This document shows positions 21,926-35,720 of a DNA stretch of 64,000 nt, in pieces. Location: the NCBI RefSeq assembly GCF_000143415.4, contig NW_003314346.1, positions 712,936 to 776,935 of the forward strand, given 5' to 3'. The DNA is from Selaginella moellendorffii (lineage: Eukaryota; Plantae; Lycopodiophyta). The stretch's first letter is position 1. Each line of letters opens with the position of its first letter. The position numbers and the translations under genes were made by a program. Under the pieces are notes generated by a model, which was given only the letters and a program-made list of their open reading frames with translations, made no database searches and was not told the DNA's origin.

Positions 21926-23012
21926 GCTAGTCCTTACGAACACTCTTTCCTTACTGCCACGACGGCAGAAGATCAGTATTGCTAGACCCTTTATCAGTCC
22001 CTTTTGTGCTAGTGGAGTTAATTGGGCATTTTGAGTGTACTTAGACCGGACGAGCATAAGGATGGAATTCTTACTTGTTATTCGCTAAGCATACTTAGCC
22101 TGGTAAGGAGTTCCCATCTTGTTATATTTTGCACTAGCTAGTGATAAGAACCCTTGTGTATTGAGATTAGTCCCTCAATATCACTGGATGATAGCTTACT
22201 GTGTCTGCCAAACACCCTCGCTATCATGCCCATTGTGTTAGTCTTATTTCGGTTCTAAATGCTATTTATGGAAAGTGTTTAGATTTGCTCATTTGGCATA
22301 TCTATAGCATGTAGAGATTGTTCTGAACACAATAGTATTCCTCCCGTATCCAAATTCGCAATATAAGGACATTCCATATATAGTAAGTTTCGAGCTTGTC
22401 CCAGAGACTAACTCTTGATACTAAGGGAGGCTTAGGGTGAAAACTCAAAGTGTGTATTCCTAAAGGGGGGGATATGGGGGGTTCCAAATGTATAGTAGGG
22501 ATAATGGGTAGGTTGGGCATGGCCGACTAACCTGAGGCATAGTTTAGCTCCCGCTTGCGTGTATATCCTTGTTCTGCATTTAGCTTGGGTCTAAGCCCAA
22601 GTTCCATTCCATGCTAGCTGGTGGAGTACCCATATCCTCATATTAGGCCACCGGTATGCTGAAATAGCGTTAGACTTTGTTTGGCTCTATTTTGCATGCT
22701 AGTCCTGGTATTGGGATGCTAGTTGCTCTAGGATTAATCCAAATCATTCCATGCTCCTGTCTCTTCACTCCTTGGGCTGTATGCTCAAGAGTTGTTATGT
22801 GTTCCAATGCTATTGTTCCTTGGCTCCATATTTGGGAGTTTGGCACCATTCCTTCGTTCAGTGGCCCAAGGCTTTGAAACTCGAGTTCCACACCACTATT
22901 CTTTGGACACATGGCATATGACATATGGCACATGGAGGGTTTAGGTTTCACTTCTGTGGTTATCCTATGGTAAATCACCATAAGATAAAGGGTAAAAACC
23001 ACGTGCACTACA
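21926..23012 (+). mobile_element. Remainder of the plus-strand family-B 3' LTR
   Basis: Continues the LTR sequence interrupted at ~16938 and ends CACGTGCACTACA. Inverted homolog of 20538-21885. Confidence 0.78.
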
Positions 23013-24221
23013 GAGACCGAGACCCAGACCAAGACCGAGACCGAGACCAAGTCCGAGTCCGAGGCCGAGTCCAAGTCCAAATACTAATATAGGTTATTGG
23101 GTGGAAGCCTAAAGTGATCGTCCCTCAGTGGGGGGCAAGGGGTGGGGGCTGTAGAGGGTTCCAAAAGTATAATAGGGAGAGTGTGGGGGTTGGACCCTAG
23201 TGAAGTTAATTTAGCCAAAAAAGGCCACTATGACCCAAAAAGGCTATGCCCATATGTTGGGTGATGATATATCCACTAAGGAGTCCAAGGCTAGAGTGAA
23301 TACGGTTTGATAAGTGGGGAAATTTGGTGAAGTGTTCAAGAGCCAGCTCTAGTTCCCCTAGGAGATCGAATGGTTGATGCTCCCAATCTAAGCATAGGTG
23401 GCACTACTTACTTGGATACCTGGCGTGGCTCAACAGAATCTTGCTATAGCCCTATAGCTGGAGCACCCAAAGGCAAAAGGTGAGAAGAGTACCCATGAGG
23501 CTCATGTAGGGCCATAATGTTCTGAAACGTTGTCCCAAAGTCCCAAACTGTGGAAAGGAAGAGTAGCAGTCTTCTTGTGTAGTGACCAAGGATGCAATCA
23601 CATGGTGAGGAAGTCCCAGAGGACATCCCAATAGAGCACTTGGACCAAATGGAAAGGTTGAGTGGCATGGATGCCATTCTCAAGGCTAGCAAGCCCTAAG
23701 TCTAAAATAAGATTTATGGAAGTTGTGAGTCAAATTCCTCCAAGTGGTCGAAGGTGTGGTTAAGTGAGTAAAGTAAAATGGAAAATTTAATCATTTACAA
23801 TTTGATATCTGAACTGTTCTTTAGTCCAACTTTTATTAGTGGTCAAGTATATCACCACTTGTTTTGGCATTGGAATGTCCCAAGAGTGGGCATATCCTAG
23901 AAGAGCACCTTAATTCATAAGTGAACTTGTTAATAATGTGGTGGATAGAAAGGGGCCAATTTGAGAACAACTTTGGGATCTTGGGAACAGTATAAGGTTT
24001 TCCTTAAGGAGTTGAGGATGTGATCCAGATGAGCATTTAACTTAGTAAATTGCCTAATGTAGTTGTGGTAAACAACTATAGTTGAGATCACGTGAAAGAT
24101 AGAGACTTCAAAAACAATAAAGGAGTCACAAAATTATCCTTATATAGTTGAGGATGGTGCTCATGAATTTAAGACCAGAAGTAATGACCGTGGGAGGTCA
24201 AAAGATAAATGAGGACACAAG
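23013..24221 (+). mobile_element. Family-A LTR 3' part (to 23799), degenerate PBS and start of internal region
   Basis: Similar to 58240-59830. TGATATCTGAAC follows ...TTTACA. Confidence 0.75.
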
Positions 24222-25692
24222 TGTAAGCGACTAAATTTTCCATTCTACTTTAATCACTTAACCACACCTCCGACCACTTGGAGGAGTCTCACTCACCACC
24301 TCAGTAAGTCCTATTTTGGACTTAGGGACTTGCTAGCCCCAAGAATGGCATCCATGCCACTCAACCATTGCACTTGGTCCAAGTGCTTCATGTGTCTAAT
24401 CCCATGACCAACACCCCAAGGTACCACTGACATATCAGCTTGTTACACTAAGGCCATGCCCATTCACCTTGGTCACACTGGTGGTCTGACACCACCTACG
24501 CCACAGTCCCGTCTCTCAAAGACTGGGCCATCTGTCTATGAGTGATCAACCCAGATCCACTCTTTAGCATCCTTAGGATAACCACAAATATGGGGAATAG
24601 CCTTCCCCAATATCTCTTTTCTGGTCCCCACCAAGTCCCTTTTCTGCCCATGGCTGTGTTCGCCAACACTGCCACTGGATCGAGGCCCACAAACCCAACC
24701 ACTAAGTCCTACGGTCCTCTAGGACTTCCTCATCACCCGACTGTATCCTTGGTCACTACACCAGAGGACTACTCCTCTCCCTTTCCACAATCTGGGCCTT
24801 TGGGACAACATTTCGGAACACCGTGGCCCTACGCGAGCCTCATGGGTACTCTCCCCACCTTCCACCTTTGGGTGCTCTAGCCATGGGCTTAGAGCGAGGT
24901 TTCGTTGAGGTATGCCAGGTATTCAAGTAGGTAGTGCCACCCATACTTGGACTGGGAGCATCGACCATTCGATCTCCCGGGGGAACTAGAGCCAGCTCTT
25001 GAACACTTCACCAAGCTACCCCACTTGTCGATCCATATTCACTCTAGTCTTGGACTTCCCAATGGTCAGTTCCTCACCCAACACTGGGTATGGTCTTCCT
25101 GGGCCAAACTGGCCTTCTCTGGGCCCAACTGGCCTTTCCTAGCCAAACTGGCTCCACTGGGCTCCAACCCCCACACTCTCCCTACTATACTTTTGGAACC
25201 CCGCAGCCCCCCCCCTGGGGGATGATCACTTTGGGCTTTCATCCAATTGCCTGTATTAGTATTCGGACTCAAACTCAGATTCAGACTCAGTCTCGGTCCC
25301 GGTTTCGGACTTGGACTCGGTCTCGATCTCGGTCTCGGTCTCGGTTCCATCTCGGACTCCATCTCAAACTCCATCTCGAGTCCATCTCGGACTCCATTTC
25401 GGACTCCATCTCAGACTCCATCTCGGGTCCATCTCGGACTCCATCTCGGGTCCACCTTGGACTCCATCTCAGACTCCATCTCGGGTCCACCTCGGACTCC
25501 ATCTCGGTTCCATCTCGGACTCCATCTCGGGTCCACCTCAGACTCCAACTCGGGTCCATCTCGAACTCTTCCATGTGTCATATGTTGGTCCTTTTGGATC
25601 CTGTTTTTGGGAGCCTTTCTTATTGCTCGCTTCGTGCTCGCTCCTTGAGCACTTTGTTGGGAGTTCCACTCCCGCTCTCGACCTTCCAAGTA
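24222..25692 (-). mobile_element. Family-A LTR, inverted and 5'-truncated
   Basis: Reverse complement of the family-A LTR, including the GAGATGGAGTCC array at 25345-25565. Confidence 0.8.
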
Positions 25693-25869
25693 AATTGTGA
25701 TCCATAGAAGTATAAATTGGTGCACCAACATGGGGAGTCATGCTAGACATCCTGGATGATACCATCTATAGATCCATATACAGAGGTTGGGTTCAAGTCC
25801 CAACCCTCTAGTGCTTGGGTTCAAGTCCTAACTCACTAGGGCGTAATGATGGTTTCGAATACGAGGACA

Positions 25870-28442
25870 CTCATTTTTTTGTGGTTATGGACTCTTAGCA
25901 AGAAGACTAGCTTGGGCACACTGCCAAGCAGGGGATGCCCTAGAGTCATAATGCACTGTTAGATTGCTTAGTGTGAAAGCTCGGCATATCTAATTTGAAC
26001 ACTTTAGTGCAAATGGCACCAAGGATGTGGTGAATGAGATGGACACTCAGTCTTAGTTGCTATGGACCCTTGGTCGGAAGGACTGGCTTGGGCGCACTAC
26101 CAAGTGTAGAGGATGCTTTCGGGGACATGGTCAACAAGTTAAAGGTTTAAAAGACCTAATACCTATTGATAAACTTGTTAAAGTGTTAAGGTTAAATCAC
26201 TAAGTGATTTTATGGCTAAAACAAGGATAAAGTCCTTATGAGGTTAAAGAATAAAGTTTTTAGTTCAAAGTGTTGATTTGAACTATTAGTAATGGTGTGG
26301 CTTGGTTAAAGTGACCAAGTGGGAAAAACACCTAAGGGAAATGAACTGTGACAATAAATGGTATTGCAAGTCTAAAAAAGGGACTCATAGGTGGGTCGCA
26401 ATTTTGGGCCGTGCATAAAGCAAAAGTTCCAAAGTGTGATAATTATGTTGATGGAAGTTGAGACTACTTGGGAATGAGTAATAAAATTAAAATAGAGGAG
26501 GTATCCCTAATAGTTTTAGCAAGAACTAAACCGAATAAAGGGAGAGAACCATCGTAAATGGTTTAATGAGTCTCTAAGTTGGAGAGAATATACTTCTTAG
26601 AGAATGGGCAAGGCATGGTGAGCCTTTGGTGTCAAACCATTGACGAATATTAGCTGGGTGCCAAGGATGAAAAATGGTAATCCAAGACAAGATTACTTTA
26701 AAAAATGGTTTATCATTCAATGAGGACATCGAACTTTGTCTATGGGTGGTGGAGTTGTGAGACACAAAATCCTTAGGCCCCAAAGAGGAGCCGAAAGGGT
26801 GCCACATGGTAGTGGTTGAGGTGGAAGCCAAATGAGCGTAACATATTTAAACTAAAAGTGCCAACTCGAAAAGTCGAGAGCGGGAGTGGAACTCCCAACG
26901 AGGTGCTCGAGGAACGAGCACAAAACAAGCAATAAGTGAGTCTCTAAAAAAGAGACACAAGAGGACCAACACATAACACGTGGAAGTGTCCAAGAAGAAG
27001 TCCAAGAAGGAGTTTGAGATGGAGTCTGAGATGGACATGAGATAGAGTCCGAGATGGACCCAAGATGGAGTCTGAGATGGACCTGAGATGGAGTCCAAAA
27101 TGGAGTCCGAGATGGACCCAAGACGGAGTCCAAGATGGAATCTAAGATGGACCTGAGATGGACCCGAGATGGAGTCCAAAATGGAGTCCGAGATGGAGTC
27201 CGAGATGGACCTGAGATGGAGTCCGAGATGGACCTGAGATGGAGTCCGAGATGGACCTGAGATGGAGTTCGAGATGGACCTAAGATAAAGTCCGAGATGG
27301 ACCCAAGATGGAGTCCGAAATGCACCTGAGATGGAGTCTGAGATGGAACCAAGATTGAGACCAAGACCAAGATTGAGTCCAAGTCCGAGTCCAAGTTTGA
27401 GTTCGAGTCTGAGTCCGAGTCCAAGTCCAAATACTAATATAAGCTATTGGGTGAAAGCCCAAAGTGATCATCCCTCAATGGGGGGTGGGGGGGTCGGGGC
27501 TGCAAGGGGTTCCAAAAGTATAATAGGGAGAGTGTAGGGGTTGGACCCTAGTGGAGCCAATTTGGCCAAAAAAGGTTAGTGTGACCTCGTGTTGGGTGAT
27601 GATATATCCATTAAAGAGTCCAAGGCTAGAGTGAATACAAACTGATAAGTGGGGTAGCTTGGTAAAGTGTTCAAGAGCCAGCACTAGTTCCCTTGGGAGA
27701 TCGAATGGTCAATGCTCCTGGTCCAAGCATGGGTAACACTACCTACTTAGATACTTGGCATAGCTCAACAAAACCTCACTCTAGGCTAGAGCACCAAAAG
27801 GCGGAGGTGGGGAGTGTACCCATGAGGCTTGCGTAGGGCCACAGTGTTCTGAAATGTTGTCCCAAAGTCCTAGACTGTGGAAAGGAAGAGGAGCAATCCT
27901 TTGGTGTAGTGACCAAGGATATGGTCACATGGTGAAGAAGTCCCAGATGACAGTAGGACTTAGTGGTGGGGCCAGTGGGCCTTGACTTAGTGGTAATATT
28001 GGCAAACAAGGCCATGGACAGAAAAGGGACTTAATAGAGACTGTAAAAGGGATATTAAAGAAGGATATTCCCTATATCTGTAGGCATCCTAAGGATGTTA
28101 AGGAGTGGATCTAAGATGATCACTCATGGACGGATGGCCCAGTCTTTGAAAGACGGGACTGTGATACAGGTGGTGTTGGACCACCAGTATGACAAAAATG
28201 AATAGGTATAACCTTAACATAATGGGTTGATATGTCAATGGTACCTTTGGGTGTCAATTATAGGATTGGACATATGGAGCACTTGGACCAAATACAAAGG
28301 TTGAGTGGCATGGATGCCATTCTCAAGGCTAACAAGCCCCAAGTCCAAAATAGAACTTATGGAGGTTGTGAGTGAGACTCCTCCAAGTGGTCAGAGGTGT
28401 GGTTAAATGATTAAAGTAGATTGAAAAATTTATTCACTTACA
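25870..28442 (+). mobile_element. Family-A internal 3' region, PPT and complete 3' LTR (26756-28442)
   Basis: GGGTGGTGGAGT followed by TGTGAGACAC...CACTTACA. Homologous to 61710-64000. Confidence 0.8.
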
Positions 28443-29580
28443 TGGACATCATAGATACGACCACGTCCTTGCCCTTCTTTTTGAACTCGGGTAGTAGTGA
28501 CATCAACCTCCATTAAAACAGAAGTATTTCCTATAGGAAGTGGAGTTGAAAGATGTGCAGTGAGAAATGAAAGACATAACACCTCATAATGTTATGCCAA
28601 ACGAAGAGCATCATCAAGGGTGGTTGGAGCAAGTGTATGCATAAGTCCTATAAAATCTTGATGAAGTGTTGGCCACAACATTCCCAACTTGATCTGCTCC
28701 GACATATTTGGCTTTACATGAAGCAAGAGGCTTCAGAAACGAATGCTAAATTGCATCACCGACTCAGATGGCCCTTGATGAAAACAATGCAATTGTTGAA
28801 AAACATCATCACAATCGTCAGCATGTCCAAATATGCATTTGAACACGCCCGAGAGAATGCTCCAATCTACACGAATAGCTGCGCTCAAACCATTGTACCA
28901 CTATAGTGCCATTTCTTGGAGATACATAGGGAATTCATGCAAACATTATGCATCATCCCAAAAATGATATATGGCAATCATCGTAAAGTGATCAAACCAA
29001 TGGTACACATTATCTCCAAGATACCTATGGAAAAACTCAAGCCAAACGCGAGGATTGGCAGCAAGAGCAAAAGGAGTTGTATTACACATTGTGAATACCA
29101 CCATCAATTGAGTTTGATTGTTCAATTACAACTACATAGCATCGAGCAATTGCACTAATTGCTACTCCAGAGTCAAAGGAGGAGGAGACTACTGCTCTGC
29201 CATGAAGATGAATTAAAAGGAAAGAAAAGAAATAGTAAAGTTAGAAGGAAAGGGAGATTTAGACAATGCAAAAGTTAGATCTAAACCAAAATCCCAAAAG
29301 GAAAAAGCAAAAAAAATAAATGGAAAAAGCTAAATCTAGACAATGTAAAAGCTATATCTAAATTGAAATTCAAGCACTCTTTAAGGACAATAAAAAATGC
29401 CCTTCACCTCCACTAATGTGAGTGCATGAAATATGGAAAGAGAATATAGAAAATATGTATATCAATTAACCCAGAAACCTTAGCTTATATACAGGAGCGA
29501 ATAATCTAGATTGAAACCAATCCAATGGCTACCAAAATCCCATTACGTTAATATTAGTATATAGCATCGTAGCTGTACAC
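28443..29580 (-). mobile_element. Decayed gag region and LTR of a gypsy family related to 53621-57618
   Basis: 28455-28510 resembles 57420-57475, and 29425-29570 resembles 53695-53830. Confidence 0.55.
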
Positions 29581-29949
29581 AAAATTTATATTATTCTTAA
29601 GAATATTCTAAATAGAATATTATTTTGAGATTGTATATTCTCACAAATTAATGAATATATAATTACAATGAAGAATCAATCTCAAAACCAAATTATATGC
29701 AAATCTACAATCTGCCACTGAAACAAGCTCACAAGTATGGATTGCTTTATGATAAATCTTTTTTCTAGAAGTATCACCAATCTCAACACAAACTTTAGCT
29801 ATATAATATGTGACTGTCATCACTAACACCATACTCCTCATCAAAATCTATATCCCACTCATTTGCCATCCCCAAAAGAACATGTTACTCCAATACCAAT
29901 GAAATGAATGAGGAGTAAACCCTAGGCCAACCTCCCAACCCTTAATGCA

Positions 29950-30930
29950 TTACAACCTTAAAGCCATGAAATATTCTTGGATTATTCCTGTGGTTTGTGT
30001 CATATGTTCTAGCAGATTGTTAATGTAATTACCCTCAGGGATTGGATCAACCTCTGCTAAATAGAAACGTCGCATCGAGTAGGTATGGACAGTAAACATA
30101 AACCTGTTGGTAACCAATTTGCTATATGCTCTAAAAATATAATACTTATATAGTGAATATCCCATTATCAATCTGTACATACCAAAGTTACCATCAGATT
30201 TGAGCTTGCTGTTGCCCACAGATGTCCAAATACTCTCATCTGTTCATTGGAGGCTCCAATCACCTGGGTGAGTAGAGCAAGGACAATGAATACACAGGCA
30301 AACCTTGAGCTCACTAGCACTAAATTATGATCCCAATAGTGAAGGGACAGCACTTTTGTTGCCGAAGCAATCTGACAGGTCGAAAATAACAAACACAACT
30401 TAGAGCACACAAGCACAAACTAAATCAGCATTGATTACCCAGAATATCGTTTGGTGAATCTCCTCTGTAGAACCGATTGTTTATGCTCTGATGAGAATCA
30501 GAGTGAGGTCACTTTGACAACATTTCTCACCGTTGATTCAAATATGAGAGTAATTGTTTGGCCTCTGCAATAAAGAGCTTCGAACCAGTGACCAAAGGAC
30601 CAGAAAATCATGTGGACTAAACACAAAAAGTAAGGAAAATATAAGTTCAAAAATCGCCGCCAGCCCACGTACCTTGTCCACAAAGAGCTTCGTGATGTGA
30701 TCTCAAATCTGTTTACTTGAAGACAGCAAAAATTCCAACGCATTTAAGCTCACCTGCACATTATTGATTACTTAGTGTTGGATTTTTCTGTTAAGAGAGC
30801 TTACCGCAAATGTATCCCTTTCAGCTCTTTCGCGGTCTTCCCATATACGGGTGTCAAATATGCGTAGCACGTTCTCAGCTGGACCACCCTCTAGATGACA
30901 AAGCTCTAAATGCCACCAGTTATGACTATG
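29950..30930 (-). pseudogene. TTC38-like (tetratricopeptide repeat protein 38) 3' fragment
   Basis: Minus-strand exons read HSHNWWHLELCHLEGGPAENVLRIFDTRIWE, VSLNALEFLL and VIGASNEQMRVF. These match recalled plant TTC38 motifs (HNWWHxALCYLE, YLNALGLL, GASxEQxDVF). Confidence 0.65.
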
Positions 30931-30984
30931 CCTGAAAGAGAAAAAACAGAAACCAGAAATAAGTTCGTATCACATCTATTTGAA

Positions 30985-31535
30985 AGAAGAAACCAGGCCA
31001 CCCGTTGCTCGGACAAGCAATCTCCCGGACCCTTGGCTTCGACCAGTTTTGCCCTCCTTGGTCTTCTGCAAGAAGCATATGAATCACTAACAATCCTGTA
31101 ATTGTGTGAAGGTCTTCATTCTCCCAGTTAACCCTCCCAGAGTGCTTCCACGACGAGTTGCATAGCTCCACCATCGCATATGGCTTGAAAAAGAGATTCA
31201 ATAAGCGAGCTTCGGACTGGATAGAAAGAAATCCATGCACAAGTCCAATGGTGCAGTCTCTGCAAAATAACACAAAACAAGGTTTTTTCAACACAAAGAG
31301 CCTCTTGCAACGCGCAAACAAGAAGAGCAGAAGAAGTCCACAAGAAAATGAAACAAGAACCTGAAGTGTGTCTGGAAGACATCTGGAATGAGTTTTTCTT
31401 CCCACTTTGCAGGCAAGTATCTGGACAAGACAAACCATCGATCAAGCTGCTTGAATCAAAACAGAGCAAACTCCAAACCAAGATGGCACCTGACAAGAAG
31501 TTCATTCCCGCGTTTGCTTCCCACACACAGGGGAC
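30985..31535 (-). pseudogene. FAN1: Heavily deleted FAN1 relic (UBZ-region exon joined to VRR-NUC exons)
   Basis: Homologous to 52055-52195 and 44745-45185, including an AEVKGPGDxLSEQxVAWF-like remnant. Confidence 0.8.
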
Positions 31536-34500
31536 ACATTTAGGTGACAATACCACCATCCCTGTGGACAGCATCGGGCAATTCCAGCTCTCACTCGATC
31601 ATGGGAGGACCATGGCCTTTGATGGTGCCATGCATGTTTCCACTTTGCGACAAAACTTAATGTCCGTCGCCAAGATATGTGATCAAAATGTGGTGGTAGT
31701 CTTTGATGCAAAGGGAGTCTCTTTAATTGACTCTAGCGACTTTCATATGCTTGGTACGCAGTTGCTTCGTGGGTCACGCATTGGGGACTTATATGAGATT
31801 ACTGCTGTCAACCCAGTTCAAGCCTTTCAGACTGTGGAGGCAGATTCTCGTGCGGAGCTTTGGCATAAAAGACTCGGTCATGTTCATTATCAATCTCTTC
31901 AACAGATGAAGTCCCAAGATATTTTCCATCTACATTTTGTGAAGCTTGTGTTCTAGGCAAGCATCACCGCCGGAATTTCTCACCGAGTAAGCATCGAGCA
32001 CTTGGACTTCTGGACTTAGTCCATTCTGATCTTTGCAGCCCTATGGACGTGCCAAGTCACAATGGCGCAAGATATTTCATCACATTCATTGATGACTTTA
32101 GCCGTCGAACATGCATCCACTTCTTGATGCGTAAGAGTGATGCAGTTGTTGCCTTTCAAACGTACAAGGCGTACGTTGAAAACCTCCTTGGTCGATAGAT
32201 AAAAGCTCTTCGAGTTGATGGTGGTGGTGAACTCAACAATGAGCTTCGGGGCATCTGTCGTGATGTAGGCATACGCCTACAAGCTACAGCCCGCTACACC
32301 CCCTAGCAAAATGGTGTTGCAGAAAGGAAGAATCATACTCTTGTCAATGCTGCTCGTGCTTTGTTAGCTGATGCACATCTTGACAAGATGTTTTGGCAAG
32401 AGGCCATAGCCACAGCAATGCATGTACAAAATCGCCTTGCCACGGCTGCTTTGGATGGAAAAACCACTGAGGCATTTTGGACAGGTTCTACTCTTGATGT
32501 GTCCCACTTTCGGGTCTTCGGTTGTGCAGCATACGCACATACCCCTGATCAACTTCGGAAAAAGCTAGATCCCAAGAGTAAAAAATTCATCTTCGTGAGA
32601 TATGCACAGGATGACACTATCGGGAGAAAAGCTTACAAGTTGTGGGATCTTGCATCTCATAAGGCTATTGTAAACACCGATGTCATGTTCAATGAAGACG
32701 ACTTTCCCATGCATACAGAGGCTCTTCAAGATCCTTCTTTTATTGCTGAGACTCGACTTGTTCCTTTGATCCCACTTATGGGAGATGGTCCACTCTTGCC
32801 TCCGCCTCAAGATCCTATTCATGAGTTGCCACCAGAGATTCCATTGGGGAATCCTCCACTTCTGGACATGCTTGAACCAGCTGATGCTCCTCCAGTTGAG
32901 GACAGGCCTCCAACACCTCCACCACCTTGTTGACGTCGTGGCATGCCTGATCCGATGCCAGTTCTTGATCACCCCCGGGAACGTCGGCCCTCGTTAAAAG
33001 TCCGGGAAAATGCTGAAGCAGATGCTGCAAAGCTTGATGAATTTTGTGGCCTTGTTGACGTCGGCATTCCCATGACCTAAGGCTATCTCAGGACCTGAGG
33101 ATGGAAGCTATTGCGGAAGAAGTTTCTTCCATTCGGGTTAACGGAACTTATGTTCCAGTTGATTCAGCGCCACCGGGACGACGTGTTTTGGATCCAAAAT
33201 GGATTTTTTCCAAAAAGTATGGGAAAGATGGCCAGGTTGTACGTTATAAGGCACGGTTGGTTGTTCACGGTTTTTGCCAAGTCCATGGCCTTGACTACGA
33301 TGAAACATTCTCACCAGTTGTAAAAATGGCCAGCCTCCGTACTCTTTTTGCCCTTGTGGCTGCTCGCAAATGGCAAGTCCACCATATGGACGTCAAAACT
33401 ACATTTCTGAATGGGGATTTGCAAGAGGACATCTATATGCATATACCTCCTAGTTTTGAGGATGATGTTACCCCTGGTGGCCCTATATGGCAATTGCGAA
33501 AAGCTTTGTATGGCTTAAAACAGAGCTCCCGTATTTGGTATCAAAAATTTGATGCCACCCTACGTGCTCAAGGCTTTCATCGCTATCATGCTGATCACAA
33601 TGTGTATGTCAATGGTCATGCTGAGTGCATGGTTATTGTGGCCCTCTACGTTGATGATTTGCTCATCATGGGTGATGACAACGATGCCATTGCTGCTCTG
33701 AAAGATGCTCTCAGCCAGCAATTCCAGATGAAGGACCTTGGCCAAGTCTCCTACTTTCTTGGCTTTGAAGTCACACATGATCCTGATTCTGATGGCTACA
33801 TGCTTAGCCAACAACGTAAAGTCGAAGTCTTGCTGGATCGGTTTGGTATGCGTGATTGCCACCCCGTCAAGACCCCAATGGTCGTTGGTGCTATCGACCT
33901 CACAGTTGAGCAGTCTGGTGAGCCTCTACCCACTGGGACTCCCTATCGGCATCTCATTGGTTGCCTCACATATTTAGCCCTAATGACTCGCCCCAACATC
34001 ACATATGCGACTATTGCCTTGAGTCAGTACAACATATCATCAACCACCATACATTGGCAAGCTGCCAAGCGTATCGTGAGATACCTCCGGGGCACTATGG
34101 ACTATGGCATTGCTTATTCAGGGGGTGATGCATCATTAGCATGCTACACGGATGCTAGTTTTGCCAACAACAAAGGTCATTGCTTGACTTCTGGCATTTG
34201 CCTTTCCTTCTCAGGAGGTGCCATCACGTGGGCCTCCAAGCGACAATCTGTGGTGGCCCTTTCTAGTGCATAAGCAAAGTACATCACACTCACTACTGGT
34301 AGCAGGGACGTGGTCTGGGCTCGAGGGTTACTTGTTGAGCTGGGATGCGCACAAGCTGGCCCCACTACTTCTTGGTGTGACAACCAAAGCAGCATTGCCA
34401 TGTCCAAGAACCCCGTCCACCATGCCCGCTCGAAGCACATTGAAGTCCAATTTCACTACGTGCGTGAGTTGGTTGACAGTGGCACCCTCGCCATCCAACG

Positions 34501-34700
34501 TCTCGGGACACAGGATATGCCAGCCGATCTTCTCACTAAGCCGTTGGGGCCACACCAGTTTCAGCTCCTACATGACAGATTTGGTTTGGTGAGTGGCTTC
34601 GGTTTGGGGGGGAGTGTTACACGACACACCCTCGCCACATGTCCATTAGGGTTTTCCTGTTCTGTCCGCTAGCGCGGTGCGCTTTGATCCCGATTTGTCT
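31536..34700 (+). mobile_element. 5'-truncated Ty1/copia retrotransposon (protease end, integrase, RT, RNase H, PPT, partial 3' LTR)
   Basis: Motifs ELWHKRLGH, LVHSDLC, YKARLVVHG, HMDVKTTFLNG, LYVDDLLI, WCDNQS and HARSKHIEV, in IN-RT-RH order. PPT GGGGGGGAG is followed by TGTTAC at 34615. Several stops. Confidence 0.92.
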
Positions 34701-34718
34701 CAAACATGACATCCTTGT

Positions 34719-35720
34719 TATTCATCTTTAGCTAGTAGCTCATCTAAGCTCGAAGAATCTGAATGGCAAAGCTTATGGGATTGACGCTGGATTCTTGGCT
34801 TCCAAGCTGGATCACCGTCACAGCCTTGCAATTTGCCGAGACTGCCCAGATGTTCTTCTGGCAGCTCACAGCGCGGAAGAAAAACTTGTGATCAGTGGAA
34901 GAAGCGGTCGTCAGCTGCAGCTCCTCCCATAACTTCTTGCCTCCAATACAATGATCCGGCCATGTCGTTCCATAGGTGCACAAAGTAGTGGCGCCGGGGC
35001 AATCCAGTCGCCACTTCCCAGTCACCACGAAAACAAGCGTCTGTCCGGCACGACCGAGCGAGCTCAAGATCACCTGGTTGTGAAAAGATTTCGTTTCCTG
35101 CGGTGGAGAACGCAGCATTGGTGCTGCGAAGCTCCATCGATTCTTGCGTGCATCGAAGACACTCACCAAATTGCAAGGAGATAGAGCTTGGGACCCAGAG
35201 CCCTGCACTCGAATCCTCCCGTGTTGGGCTCATCCTGGCGAGCTTGTACCGGCAATGCACATTCTGCTATCACATATGCCCACTTTGGGCATCTTGACGA
35301 GGCCATCAAGGTTTTCCACTCCCCTTCTCTCGGAACATCCTATTACGGGTCCTTTGCAAAGAAAATCGCGTTGCTGATGCGAGGAAAGCCAGGACGTGGT
35401 GACCTGGACGACAATAGTGAGCGCATATGCCCCGATTGGGCATCATGACGAGGCAAATGCCACAACGAGCTCTTCAGGCTTGGCTCGGGCCGAGACATGC
35501 ATCACGCCAGCCAAATCTTCTTTGGGATGCCCCAGTGCGATGATGGTTTAGTCTCTACGTGTTCTCCCAACAGACTCCATGCCCACAATAGGGATATGGA
35601 GCAAGCAACTGCATTGTTCAATAGGATACTCATCACGGATGACAGAGTCATGGGGGATGTTCTTTAAGGTGCATGGAATCCCTTGTGATTCATCTCTTTG
35701 GAACTTGCATTTCTTGATCC
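34719..35720 (-). pseudogene. Kelch/beta-propeller-like gene relic (paralog of 43400-44400)
   Basis: Kelch-like VSVFDARKNRWSFAAPML motif, with frameshifts relative to the 43400 copy. Confidence 0.6.

Noticed and set aside
25066-25765. Ser/Arg/Gly-rich ORFs here and at 26847-27537, 37418-37709, 57705-58471 and 63141-63704
   Set aside because: They arise from stop-free minisatellites inside LTRs and are open in several frames on both strands.
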